A DNA stretch of 53,767 nucleotides, from positions 1-53,767 of the forward strand of contig JAZKFH010000028.1 of assembly GCA_040386535.1 (NCBI GenBank). Direction: 5' to 3'. Every line of letters starts with the position of its first letter. Within the stretch, counting starts at the first letter, position 1. Shown piece by piece: positions 28,049 through 37,714 of the stretch. The DNA comes from Myxococcota bacterium. Its GTDB lineage: Bacteria > Myxococcota_A > UBA796 > SXON01. The translations under genes and the position numbers were made by a program. Below the pieces are notes generated by a model that saw only the letters and a list, made by a program, of their open reading frames with translations, searched no databases and was not told the origin of the DNA.

Positions 28049-29680
28049 ATGCCTGTGCGCGTTTCTTCCCTGTTCACGTCGGCTGCCTTTCTGCTCGCGA
28101 TCCTCGCATGCGCGGGGGAGGACACCGCCACCACCGACGAAGAGGCGGAGAACGATCCCGGCCTGCTCGAAGACCAGGACAAGGACGACGATGGGTTCGT
28201 CTTCTCCAAGGACTGCAACGACGACAACGCGGACATCCACCCGGATGCCGAAGAGAAGTGTGACCCTGCGGACGTTGACGAGGACTGCAACGGCGTAGCC
28301 GACAGCGCTGATATCGGCTCCACCGGCAGCGTAAGCGCCTTTCACGACGCGGATCTGGACGGCTACGGGGACCCTACCAACCCCATCAGCGTCTGCGAGC
28401 TCTCGTCCGGGTACGTCGGCGACAACACCGACTGTGACGACACGGATCCCGTCATCAACCCCGGCGTGGTCGAGATCTGCGACTACGCCGACGTCGACGA
28501 GGACTGCAACGGCTCCTCCGACGACGACGATCGTGACGTGGCGGAGAGCAGCTTCCTGTCCTTCTACGAGGACACCGACGGGGACGGCTTCGGGCGCGGC
28601 GGCGCCGAGGGCGCGTGTGACGCCTCCGCCGGCTACGCGGACAACAGCGAAGATTGCGACGATGACGACTCCGCCACCAACCCCGACGCGCTGGAGGTCT
28701 GGTACGACGGGGTCGACGCCGACTGCTCCGGCGGCTCCGACTTCGACCAGGATCGTGACACCTACGACGCCGAGTCCTACGGCGGGGACGACTGTGACGA
28801 CCGGGCCAACGCGGTGTACCCCGGCGCGCGTGACGAGTGGTACGACGGCGTGAACGCCGATTGTTCGAGCGGCTCCGACTTCGACGCCGATGGCGACGGA
28901 CAGGAGTCCGACGAGTGGGGCGGCAACGACTGTGACGACAGCGACGACGACGTGTACTACGGCGCCTACGAGAGCGGCTCGGTCGACAGCAACTGTGACG
29001 GTGTGGTCCGCGCCATGCCCTTCGCCGACGCGGACTACGACACGCGCCGCTCGACGCTCGACACCTGCGAGGCCATCTACCTCATCGGCACCGGCTCCTC
29101 CGATCCCGCCGGCCTGGCGCTCACCTACGCGTGGGCGCTCGTCTCCGCCCCCACGTCGAGCATCCAGACGACCGACGACATCCGTGACTACGACGACGTG
29201 TCCCCCACGTTCAGCCCCTGGATCGCGGGGGACTACACGTTCGAGCTCGTCGTGACCAACGGCATCTCGGTCGCGTCCTACCCGGACGACCTGACCGTCA
29301 CCATCGCGGACCGGGCGACCAACACGGCGCCCGTGGCCCGCGCGGGGTCCGACCAGACCGCCGAGCAGGAAGTGACCTGCGACGGGGACGCCTACACCGC
29401 GGTCTGTGAGGACTGCGCCGACGCCACGTTCGTGCTCGACGCCACCGGGTCGACGGACGCCGACGGGGACGGCCTCCAGTACACTTGGCTCGTCACGTCG
29501 GGGACCGGCAGCTTCTCCAGCGCGTCCGGCGAGACCACGGTCCTCACGATCCCCGGCGGCACCACCACCAGCGGCGACTCGACCGCCACCGCCGTCATCG
29601 TGACCGTCACGGCCACCGATTGTTACGGCGAGTCCTCCACGGACACCATCACGCTCGTCTCCGAGTGCACGGGAACCTGA
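28049..29680 (+). CDS. Lipoprotein with MopE-like putative metal-binding repeats and PKD-like domains
   Basis: LAILAC lipobox; repeated DCxD....xPG..ExxD..DxDC motifs; C-terminal GTGSSDP..LTYAW and PVARAGSDQ...LDATGSTDADGDGLQYTW. Confidence 0.85.
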   Translation: MPVRVSSLFTSAAFLLAILACAGEDTATTDEEAENDPGLLEDQDKDDDGFVFSKDCNDDNADIHPDAEEKCDPADVDEDCNGVADSADIGSTGSVSAFHDADLDGYGDPTNPISVCELSSGYVGDNTDCDDTDPVINPGVVEICDYADVDEDCNGSSDDDDRDVAESSFLSFYEDTDGDGFGRGGAEGACDASAGYADNSEDCDDDDSATNPDALEVWYDGVDADCSGGSDFDQDRDTYDAESYGGDDCDDRANAVYPGARDEWYDGVNADCSSGSDFDADGDGQESDEWGGNDCDDSDDDVYYGAYESGSVDSNCDGVVRAMPFADADYDTRRSTLDTCEAIYLIGTGSSDPAGLALTYAWALVSAPTSSIQTTDDIRDYDDVSPTFSPWIAGDYTFELVVTNGISVASYPDDLTVTIADRATNTAPVARAGSDQTAEQEVTCDGDAYTAVCEDCADATFVLDATGSTDADGDGLQYTWLVTSGTGSFSSASGETTVLTIPGGTTTSGDSTATAVIVTVTATDCYGESSTDTITLVSECTGT

Positions 29681-32600
29681 TGCTCAACTACCTGCTGCTC
29701 TCCCTCGCCCTGCTCCCCGCCTGCGTCGGCGGGAAGGACCCCGACGAGCCCGGCATCTTCGAGGACCAGGACGCCGACGACGACGGCGTCAACTACGACA
29801 AGGACTGTAACGACGCCAACCCCAGCATCTTCCCCGGCGCCGTCGAGCGTTGTGACGCGGCCGACATCGACGAGGACTGCAACGGGTTCTCGGACAACGC
29901 GGATCCGGGCGTCCAGGGCGGCATCGTGGTGTTCCACGACGCCGACGCGGACGGCTACGGAGAGGACGCGAGCGTGGTCGCCGCGTGCGAGCCCTCCCCC
30001 GGCTACGTCGTCATCGATGGGGACTGTGACGACAGTGATCCCGCCATCAGCCCGGCCGCGGTGGAGATCTGCGACGAGCTGGATGAGGACGAGGACTGCA
30101 ACGGCGTCGCGGAGGATGCCGATCCCGGCGTGCTCCTGGCGGATCAGGTCACCGGCCACGCCGACACGGACGCGGACGGATTCGGCGATCCGTACAAGGT
30201 CGAGCAGTTCTGTGACATCCCCTCCGGCTGGGTGCGGAACGACGACGATTGTGACGACGCCGCGGATTGGATCCACCCGGACGCGTCCGAGGTGTGTGAC
30301 GGGGTGGACGACGACTGTGACGGCCTCTCCGACGAGAACTCCGCCATCGACGCGAGCACCTGGTACGCCGACGACGACGACGACAACCACGGCGACCTCG
30401 ACTCCACGCGCGCGGCGTGTGAGCGCCCCCCGGGTTTCGTGGCGTCCTCGGACGACTGTGACGACACCTCGGTCGACGTGTACCCCGGCGCACCCGAGCG
30501 CTGCGACGGGGAAGACGACAACTGTGACGGCACCACCGATGAGGACGACGCTGTCGACGTCCTGACCTGGTACGCCGACGTGGATCTCGACGGCTACGGA
30601 GACGCCTCCGACTCCACGCTCGACTGCGAACAACCCGCCGGCCACGTCGACAATGACGACGATTGCAACGACGCGCGCGCCACGATCAACCCCTCGCGCA
30701 CCGAGGTGTGTGACGGCGCCGATGTCGACGAGGACTGTGACGGCCTCGCGGACGACGACGACAGCGGCGTGTCGAGCACCGGAAAGACCACCTACTACGC
30801 GGACAGGGACTCGGACACCTTCGGGAACGAGGACTCCACCCTGGCCGCCTGTGACCTGCCCTCCGGCTATGTCACCGACACGTCCGATTGCGACGACACG
30901 GACTCCAACATCCACCCCGGTGGCAGCGAGATTTGTGACAGCGCGAACGACGACGAGGATTGTGACGGTACGACGGATGACAGCGACACGTCGGTGAGCG
31001 CCGCCGGAAAGTCGACGTACTACGTCGACGCGGACGCCGACAACTTCGGGCTCTCCACCTCCTCGGTGAGCCGCTGCGACCTGCCGAGCGGCTACGCGAC
31101 CAACTCGACCGACTGTGACGACGGCAACGCCGCGCGCAACCCCGGCGCCTACGAGGCCTGCGACGCGGCCAACACCGACGAGGACTGCGACTCGCTCTCG
31201 GACGACTCGGACGGCTCCGTCCGCGCCTCCACACGATCCACCTGGTACCTCGACGCGGATGCCGACGGGTACGGCGTCACCACCAGCACCATCACCCGGT
31301 GTGACGTGCCGAGCGGCTACGCGGCCGTGAGCACCGATTGTAACGACGGCGCCTCGTCGATCAGCCCGGGCGCCGACGAGGTCTGCTTCGACTCGGTGGA
31401 CGACGACTGCAACTCCTCCACCCGGTGCGACCGGGACGTGAACGACGCCGAGCGCGAGTTCATTGGCGACGCCGCCGGCGATTATGCCGGCTACGCGGTT
31501 TCCTCCGCGGGCGACCAGAACAACGACGGCGTGGACGACTTCATCATCGGCGCGACCGGCAACGACGCCGGCGGGTCCTCCGCGGGCGCGGCCTACGTCA
31601 TCAACGGCGGCGGCAGCGGCGACGTGGATCTGTCCGTCGCCAACGCGATCCTCGTGGGTGAGGACGCGAGCGACGCCGCGGGCACCTCGGTCGCGGGCGT
31701 CGGCGATGTCGACGGCGACGGCTGGGACGACATGTTGGTGGGCGCCCCGGGCGACGACGACGGCGGGAGCGGCGCCGGCAAGGCCTACTACCTGCGCGGC
31801 TCGCTGACCGGCACCTACGACCTGTCCGTGTCCTACGGCAAGATCATCGGCGAGAACGCGAGCGACGCGGCGGGCTCGAGCGTCGCCGGCGTGGGCGACG
31901 TGAACGGAGACGGCAAGGCCGACCTGCTCATCGGCGCACCCGGGCGCAGCAGCTCGGCGGGCGGCGTGTACCTGTTCACGAGCATCGCGGGCGGCACCAC
32001 CGACCTGTCCGTCGCCAGCGCGATCCTGACCGGCGAGTCCAGCTCGGACTACGCCGGCACCACGGTGGACGGCGCGGGAGACGTGAACGGAGACGGCTAC
32101 GACGACATCCTCGTGGGCGCCTACGGCGACGACGACGGCGCTTCCTCCGCCGGCGCCTCGTACATCTTCCTCGGCCCCCAGACCGGCACCGCCTCGCTGA
32201 GCACGGCCGACGCGAAGCGGCGCGGCGTCACCAGCAGCGACTACGCCGGCTTTGCGGTCGCGGGCGCCGGAGACATCAACAACGACGGCTACGACGACGT
32301 GCTCGTCGGCGCCTACGGCTACGGCTCCTACGGCATCGTGTACGTCGAGTACGGCCCGATGAGCAGCAGCGGATCGCTGTCGACCTACGCGGACGCCACC
32401 CTCTCCGGCACCATCGGCGTGTACGGCAAGACCCTGGCCGGCGGCGGCGACCTCGATCTGGACGACTACGCCGACATCGTCATCGGCAACCCGACGGACT
32501 CCACCGACGGTTCCAACTCGGGCTCGGTGTCGGTGTTCCTCGGCCCGGTCTCGGGCGCGCGCACGCAGGCGACGGCGGACTACTACATCTCGGGCGGCAT

Positions 32601-32736
32601 CTCCGCGGCCGGCGCCGGCTTCAGCGCAGCGTTCACCGGAATCGACGGTTCGGACCTGCTCCTCGGCGCCTACACCAACTCGGACGGCGGCACCAACTCG
32701 GGGGCGGTGTTCTGGTTCGACGGCGGGGGTTTGTAG
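29680..32736 (+). CDS. Lipoprotein with MopE-like repeats and FG-GAP (integrin-alpha-like) propeller
   Basis: ATG overlaps the upstream TGA; LLPAC lipobox; many Y.DxDxDGYG...DCDD...P..E.CD repeats; repeated AG.SVAG.GDVNGDG.DDxLVGAP motifs. Confidence 0.88.
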   Translation: MLNYLLLSLALLPACVGGKDPDEPGIFEDQDADDDGVNYDKDCNDANPSIFPGAVERCDAADIDEDCNGFSDNADPGVQGGIVVFHDADADGYGEDASVVAACEPSPGYVVIDGDCDDSDPAISPAAVEICDELDEDEDCNGVAEDADPGVLLADQVTGHADTDADGFGDPYKVEQFCDIPSGWVRNDDDCDDAADWIHPDASEVCDGVDDDCDGLSDENSAIDASTWYADDDDDNHGDLDSTRAACERPPGFVASSDDCDDTSVDVYPGAPERCDGEDDNCDGTTDEDDAVDVLTWYADVDLDGYGDASDSTLDCEQPAGHVDNDDDCNDARATINPSRTEVCDGADVDEDCDGLADDDDSGVSSTGKTTYYADRDSDTFGNEDSTLAACDLPSGYVTDTSDCDDTDSNIHPGGSEICDSANDDEDCDGTTDDSDTSVSAAGKSTYYVDADADNFGLSTSSVSRCDLPSGYATNSTDCDDGNAARNPGAYEACDAANTDEDCDSLSDDSDGSVRASTRSTWYLDADADGYGVTTSTITRCDVPSGYAAVSTDCNDGASSISPGADEVCFDSVDDDCNSSTRCDRDVNDAEREFIGDAAGDYAGYAVSSAGDQNNDGVDDFIIGATGNDAGGSSAGAAYVINGGGSGDVDLSVANAILVGEDASDAAGTSVAGVGDVDGDGWDDMLVGAPGDDDGGSGAGKAYYLRGSLTGTYDLSVSYGKIIGENASDAAGSSVAGVGDVNGDGKADLLIGAPGRSSSAGGVYLFTSIAGGTTDLSVASAILTGESSSDYAGTTVDGAGDVNGDGYDDILVGAYGDDDGASSAGASYIFLGPQTGTASLSTADAKRRGVTSSDYAGFAVAGAGDINNDGYDDVLVGAYGYGSYGIVYVEYGPMSSSGSLSTYADATLSGTIGVYGKTLAGGGDLDLDDYADIVIGNPTDSTDGSNSGSVSVFLGPVSGARTQATADYYISGGISAAGAGFSAAFTGIDGSDLLLGAYTNSDGGTNSGAVFWFDGGGL

Positions 32737-32752
32737 GCCGTCGCAAGGTGTC

Positions 32753-32818
32753 TGGGCGACCAACGCAGGGCGCGGTGCCCCGGCGCCCAGAGCGGCGCCG
32801 CCCGCGCCCGGTGAGCGG
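32753..32818. repeat. Dispersed hairpin repeat (family D), copy 3
   Basis: Aligns with 23045-23102; also lies just downstream of a stop codon. Confidence 0.7.
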
Positions 32819-32847
32819 GGACGTCGCTCTTTGGTAGACTCCCCGCC

Positions 32848-33600
32848 GTGGCCTCCCCCTCCCACCCCTTCCGCATCCTCGCCGCCGTGATGGTCGGCTG
32901 GGTGATGCTCCCCGTCGGCCTCCTGGGCGTCGTGGGCGTCGTGAGCGACGAGGGGCCGATGCGCCCGGCGTGGGGGATGATGGTCGTCGGGTGCGTGCTG
33001 GGCGTGGGCGGCGCGGTGTCGACCGTGTGGGACGCGTGGCAGGTCGGCAAGGTCGAGCGCGCCCGGCTCGCGGGCGTACGTTCGTCGGTCACGACGAGGA
33101 GCGCCGACGTTGCCCTGGCCCGCTGGCAGGTCGACGTGGGCGAGGCGCGCGCGTTCTCGGCGCGGGAGTGGGCCAGCCGGAAGGTGGAGGTCGCGGGCGG
33201 CGCGCTCGGCCTGCTCGTGCTCGGCGCCGCGCTGGTCTGGCTCACCAAGGACGCCCCGCCCGGGGCCGCGGTCGCGACCGGCGCGCTGCTCGGCGGGCTC
33301 TACCTGGTCATCGGGCTCGGCAAGTACGGGCTCGAGTACGTCAACGCCCAGCGTGACACCGGGGAGGTGGCCGTGTTCGCGGACAGCGTGTTCGTGCTCG
33401 GGAGTTGGCATGCCTTGGCGGGTGACCGCCAATTGACACGTGTCGCGCTGGTCCCCGGCGCCCTGGAGCTCACCGTGCGCTGGCAGACCCGTGGCGGTCC
33501 GGCGTCGGACACCATCCGGGTGCCGGTCCCCGAGGGGGCGCGTGCGGTGGCGGAGGAGGCCACGGCGGTCCTGGCGCGGCGGGTCGTGTCCGGGGTGTAA
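32848..33600 (+). CDS. Hypothetical membrane protein (about 4 TM)
   Basis: 250-aa ORF with two hydrophobic hairpins and GC3 bias. Confidence 0.7.
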   Translation: MASPSHPFRILAAVMVGWVMLPVGLLGVVGVVSDEGPMRPAWGMMVVGCVLGVGGAVSTVWDAWQVGKVERARLAGVRSSVTTRSADVALARWQVDVGEARAFSAREWASRKVEVAGGALGLLVLGAALVWLTKDAPPGAAVATGALLGGLYLVIGLGKYGLEYVNAQRDTGEVAVFADSVFVLGSWHALAGDRQLTRVALVPGALELTVRWQTRGGPASDTIRVPVPEGARAVAEEATAVLARRVVSGV

Positions 33601-33610
33601 CATCCGCGCG

Positions 33611-36508
33611 GTGGAGACCACCCTCCGGCCCCCGTCCGACCCGCCGCCGCTCGCGTGGGTGGCCGGGCGTTGGCGCGTGGAGGCTCCGATCGGGCGCGGC
33701 GCGTTCGGCAGCGTGTGGCGCGCCGTGGACGACGCCACAGGGGAGCACGCCGCGGTCAAGTTCCTGGAGCCGGAGACGACGGTCGACCTGGCGCGCGTGC
33801 GCAAGGAGATCGCGGCCCTGCGCCTGTTGCGCGTGCCTGGCGTGGTCGAGCTGCTCGACGCGGGCACCGAGCAGGGGCGCCACTACCTCGTGATGGAGCT
33901 CGTGGCGGGGCTGCCGTTTCCCGGGCGCGCCCGCGGCTGGTCGGAGCTGGCGCCGCTCGTCGCGCGGCTCTGCGAGACGTTGCGCCACATCCACGCGCAC
34001 GGCGTGGTGCACCGCGATCTGAAGCCCTCCAACGTGCTCGTGACGGACGACGGGCGGGTGGTGGTGCTCGACTTCGGCGTCGCGCGGGGCGACGCGATCG
34101 GGAGCACCGTGACCGGGTCGGCGGACGTGGTGGGCACGCCGCTGTACCTCGCGCCCGAGCAGGTCCATCGGGAGGCGCCGGTGGACGGCCGCGCCGATCT
34201 GTACGCGTTGGGCCACATGATCTACGAGGCCCTCGCCGGAAAGCGCGCGTTCGTGGGGCGGAGCGCGCAGGAGGTCCTGATCGCCCGGGTGACCTGCGAG
34301 GCGGCGCCGCTGGACGCGCCGGGCGTGCCGGAGCGGGTCGTGCGGCTGGTCGCGGCGCTGCTCGCGCGCAGGCCCGAGGATCGCCCGGCGTCCGCGGACG
34401 CGGTACTCGCAGCGTTGGAGGCCGGAGAGGAGGCGCCGCTGCCCTGGCTCGGCCCCCGGACCGCCATCGAGGCCGTGGTCGACGCGATCCGGGCCGGGCG
34501 GCCGATGGACGTGTGGGGCCTGCCCGGGAGCGGGCGTTCGCGCGTGCTCCGCAAGGCGGTGGAGATCGTAGGGTCGGAGCGCGAGGTCGTCGTGCTCGTC
34601 CCCGGGGAGCGCCCCCTGGAGAGCCTGGCGCCGCTCCTCGGCACGTTGGTCGGCGACGCGCCCATCCCCGCCGCCGAGGGCCGGCTCCGCGACGCGCTCG
34701 GGCGCGGCATGGTGGTGGTCGCGGACGACGCCGGACGCCTCGACCGCTGGACCCGCGCGGTGCTCGAGCGCGTGCGCGGCCTGGGTGCGGTGCTGCGGGT
34801 GACGACGGGCACCGGCGACGTGCGGCTGGACCCGCTGGCCGAGGCCGATCTCCGCGCGTTGTTCCACGGGCCCGACGTCGTGTTGCACCTGCGCGAGGAC
34901 GCCGCGCACGCCCTGTTCCAACGCACCGGAGGCGTGCCCGCCCGCGTCGCCGAGGAGGTGCGCGGGTGGGTGGCGCGCGGGGGCGCGCGGTGGGACGACG
35001 GGCGGCTGCGCGTGGATCGCGGCGCCATCGAGGCCTTCTCGGGCGGGCGGGCGCTGATGGGGGGACGCGCGGCCGCGCAGCTCGAGGCGCCGCTGGACGC
35101 GCTCCTCGCGTGGGTGCTGCTCGGCGGATCTTCGGTCACCGCGGCGCTGCTCGTGGCGGCGACCGGGCTGCCAGCCTGGGAGATCGAGATGGAGCTGGGC
35201 GCGCTGGAGGAGGCCGCGGCGGTGCGGCGCATGCCGGACGGCCGGCTCCAGGCGCTCACCCTGCCGCGCGCGCTCGGGCAGTGGTCCGAGGAGGAGCGCG
35301 CGCACGCGCACCGTCGCCTCGCGGCGGTGATGCCGCCCGACTCGCACGAGCGGCTGCTGCACCTCGCGGCGGCGGGGGACACCGGCGCGATCGCGGACGC
35401 GGCGGTGACCTTCGCGCGGTCGCTGCTCGACACGGGCGCGGCGGGGCGGGCGCTGGCGGCGCTCCACTACGCGATCGCGGAGGTGCAGGCGGCCCGCGCC
35501 GACGTGAACGACGCGGTGCTCGTGGAGCTCGCCCGCGCGGCGCTCGCCGACGGGGGCGGGCCGGCATTGCGTGAGGCGCGGCGGACGTTGACACGCGCGG
35601 GCGGGACGGCGCTGGCGGCGCTCCTCTCGGCTTGGGAGGCCGCCGGCGAGCGGCGCTACGCGGACGCCGAGGCCGCCGAGGCGGCGCTGCCCCCCTTCGC
35701 GGACGACGAGCTCGACGCCTGGCGCGTGGGCCTGCCCGTACGCGTGGCGGTCGCGACCGACCTGGACGAAGCCGAACGACGCCTCGCCGCGCTGCTGGTC
35801 GACCCCGACTCGGTGGTGGGCCGCCGCCGCACCGAATGGCTCGGGCACCTGCGCTACCGGCAGCGCCGCTACGTCGAGGCGGCCGAGCTCCACGCGCGCG
35901 CCGCGTCGGTCGAGCGCAGCGGCACGCGGCGGGCCAATTCGTTCGTCAACGCTGGCCTCGCTTGGCGGGACGGACATGTGTTGGGCGAGGCCCTGGGCGC
36001 CTTCCGGAGCGCCCGTGCCCTCGCCGCGGCCGGCCGCCTCACGGTGTTGGAAGGCCACGCCGTTGTGGGCGAACGCACGGTGTTGTACCGTCTGGGCGCG
36101 CTACGGGAGCCCGACCTGGACGTGATCGCCGCCATCGACGCCGTGGGCGATGTCCGCCTGCTCGGCCCCGCCTGCCTGAACGAGGCGGCGGTGGCTTGGC
36201 GTGCTGGCGACAACGTGACCGCGGAGCGGCTCGCGCGGCGGGCGGCGGGGGCTTGGGATCATGGGGTGACGCGGGAGCAACAGCGGGTCGCGCTGGCACT
36301 CGCGTATGTTTGCGGCGGACATGCGGCACTTGCCGCCGAGCTGCTCGCGGGGTTGCCGGTCACCGACGGCGACGCAAATCGGCAGGCTCGGGCGCTGCTC
36401 GGGGTCGCGGTGACGGGCGGGCGTTGGGCGCCAGATTCTGGCGTGGATGGCGGACGTTGGCATGCGGTTTTGTGTGATGGGGAAATTGAAACAATTGTGA
36501 GGTACTGA
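33611..36508 (+). CDS. Hanks-type Ser/Thr kinase fused to a degenerate P-loop domain and TPR-like repeats
   Basis: GRGAFGSV, AAVK, HRDLKPSN, DFG, APE; then GLPGSGRS (Walker A Lys to Arg), VVVADD, and a helical C-terminus. GTG start inferred. Confidence 0.88.
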   Translation: METTLRPPSDPPPLAWVAGRWRVEAPIGRGAFGSVWRAVDDATGEHAAVKFLEPETTVDLARVRKEIAALRLLRVPGVVELLDAGTEQGRHYLVMELVAGLPFPGRARGWSELAPLVARLCETLRHIHAHGVVHRDLKPSNVLVTDDGRVVVLDFGVARGDAIGSTVTGSADVVGTPLYLAPEQVHREAPVDGRADLYALGHMIYEALAGKRAFVGRSAQEVLIARVTCEAAPLDAPGVPERVVRLVAALLARRPEDRPASADAVLAALEAGEEAPLPWLGPRTAIEAVVDAIRAGRPMDVWGLPGSGRSRVLRKAVEIVGSEREVVVLVPGERPLESLAPLLGTLVGDAPIPAAEGRLRDALGRGMVVVADDAGRLDRWTRAVLERVRGLGAVLRVTTGTGDVRLDPLAEADLRALFHGPDVVLHLREDAAHALFQRTGGVPARVAEEVRGWVARGGARWDDGRLRVDRGAIEAFSGGRALMGGRAAAQLEAPLDALLAWVLLGGSSVTAALLVAATGLPAWEIEMELGALEEAAAVRRMPDGRLQALTLPRALGQWSEEERAHAHRRLAAVMPPDSHERLLHLAAAGDTGAIADAAVTFARSLLDTGAAGRALAALHYAIAEVQAARADVNDAVLVELARAALADGGGPALREARRTLTRAGGTALAALLSAWEAAGERRYADAEAAEAALPPFADDELDAWRVGLPVRVAVATDLDEAERRLAALLVDPDSVVGRRRTEWLGHLRYRQRRYVEAAELHARAASVERSGTRRANSFVNAGLAWRDGHVLGEALGAFRSARALAAAGRLTVLEGHAVVGERTVLYRLGALREPDLDVIAAIDAVGDVRLLGPACLNEAAVAWRAGDNVTAERLARRAAGAWDHGVTREQQRVALALAYVCGGHAALAAELLAGLPVTDGDANRQARALLGVAVTGGRWAPDSGVDGGRWHAVLCDGEIETIVRY

Positions 36509-37174
36509 ATGTCCGAATGCGTGCCCTTGAACTCCTCGGAAGATGGTCCCTGGCGCATTTATGTCGTCGAGCCTGGACAACAAGTCGTCGTTGGCACGTC
36601 TTGGATCTACGCAGATTCCCCCCCGGGACGGACGTGGCACGAGCGAGCGGTGGGAATGACGGGCAAGTTCCTGACCCCCTCTATACCGGATCGGTACTGG
36701 CACGTCACCGTCGCCGTCGACGGCCACATAGCCAAGCCAGAGGAACACGACGGCTGCGTGAGCCTGAAGGTCACCACGCGGGGCAACTTCCGTCCAAAAC
36801 AGTGGTTTCCTTGCGAGCGGCACCGCCCGAGCTGCGCACCGCTCGCGACTTACCACGCCGTCGGCCTGTACGAAATCACCGCTCACATCGGCAAGGAATT
36901 AAAGGTCACCGGCTATTACAAAGTCACCGTCGTCCAACCAACGGACCCGCCCGGCCCCCCGTATTGGGAAGAGCGGATTTACTCGCTTCCGGCGGAACTG
37001 CTTCGGTGGCCAACTCGTGCGAAGGCTGACGCGCCCCCAATCCACTGGATCATTGCGCCGACGCAGGAGACCTTGCCCCCAGAAGGCTACGAGGAACAGG
37101 AGTACTTCAAGGTGGAATCAGCGCCCCTCCCTCAACACCCCCCCACTCCCGCCGCAAGCTCCTCCACAACGTAG
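36509..37174 (+). CDS. Hypothetical protein, immediately downstream of the kinase
   Basis: ATG directly follows the kinase TGA; 221 aa; atypical lower-GC codon usage. Confidence 0.65.
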   Translation: MSECVPLNSSEDGPWRIYVVEPGQQVVVGTSWIYADSPPGRTWHERAVGMTGKFLTPSIPDRYWHVTVAVDGHIAKPEEHDGCVSLKVTTRGNFRPKQWFPCERHRPSCAPLATYHAVGLYEITAHIGKELKVTGYYKVTVVQPTDPPGPPYWEERIYSLPAELLRWPTRAKADAPPIHWIIAPTQETLPPEGYEEQEYFKVESAPLPQHPPTPAASSSTT

Positions 37175-37224
37175 GGTTGGCGGGACCCTGCGCGGGACCT
37201 AGCCAAGGAGCAGGCGGGGGGACG

Positions 37225-37689
37225 ATGAAGGCAACGATGGTGCTGAAGCGGGACCACCAGACGGTAAGCGGGCTCTTCCGGGACTTCGAGCGGCTGCCGG
37301 ACGACGACACCGCCGGGCGGCGGCCGCTGGTGGACCGGATCCGACAGGAGCTCGACCTTCATCTACGCGTAGAGGAGGAGCTCTTCTACCCCGAGCTGGA
37401 GCGGGTGCCGGAGGCGGCCGACCTCATCGCCGAGGCGCGCACGGAACACCAGATGGTCAAGGACCTCTGCTCCGAGATCGCGCGGCTCGATCCCAAGGAC
37501 ATCGACTACGTGGCCAAGGTCGAGGTGCTCCGCGAGAACTTCGATTTGCACGTCGAGGAGGAGGAGAGCGAGATCTTTCCCCTCGCCAAGAAGCACCTCT
37601 CGGGCGACCGGCTGGAGAAGATCGGGGACCAGCTCGAGAACCGGCGGGAGGAGCTCCTCAAGCAGATGCGGAAGGCGGAGATGGCGTAG
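37225..37689 (+). CDS. Hemerythrin (HHE) domain protein
   Basis: LKRDH, HLRVEEELFYP, EHQMVK, HVEEEESEIFP. Confidence 0.9.
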   Translation: MKATMVLKRDHQTVSGLFRDFERLPDDDTAGRRPLVDRIRQELDLHLRVEEELFYPELERVPEAADLIAEARTEHQMVKDLCSEIARLDPKDIDYVAKVEVLRENFDLHVEEEESEIFPLAKKHLSGDRLEKIGDQLENRREELLKQMRKAEMA

Positions 37690-37714
37690 GGCCGAGCGCC
37701 CCGCGCACGACCGG

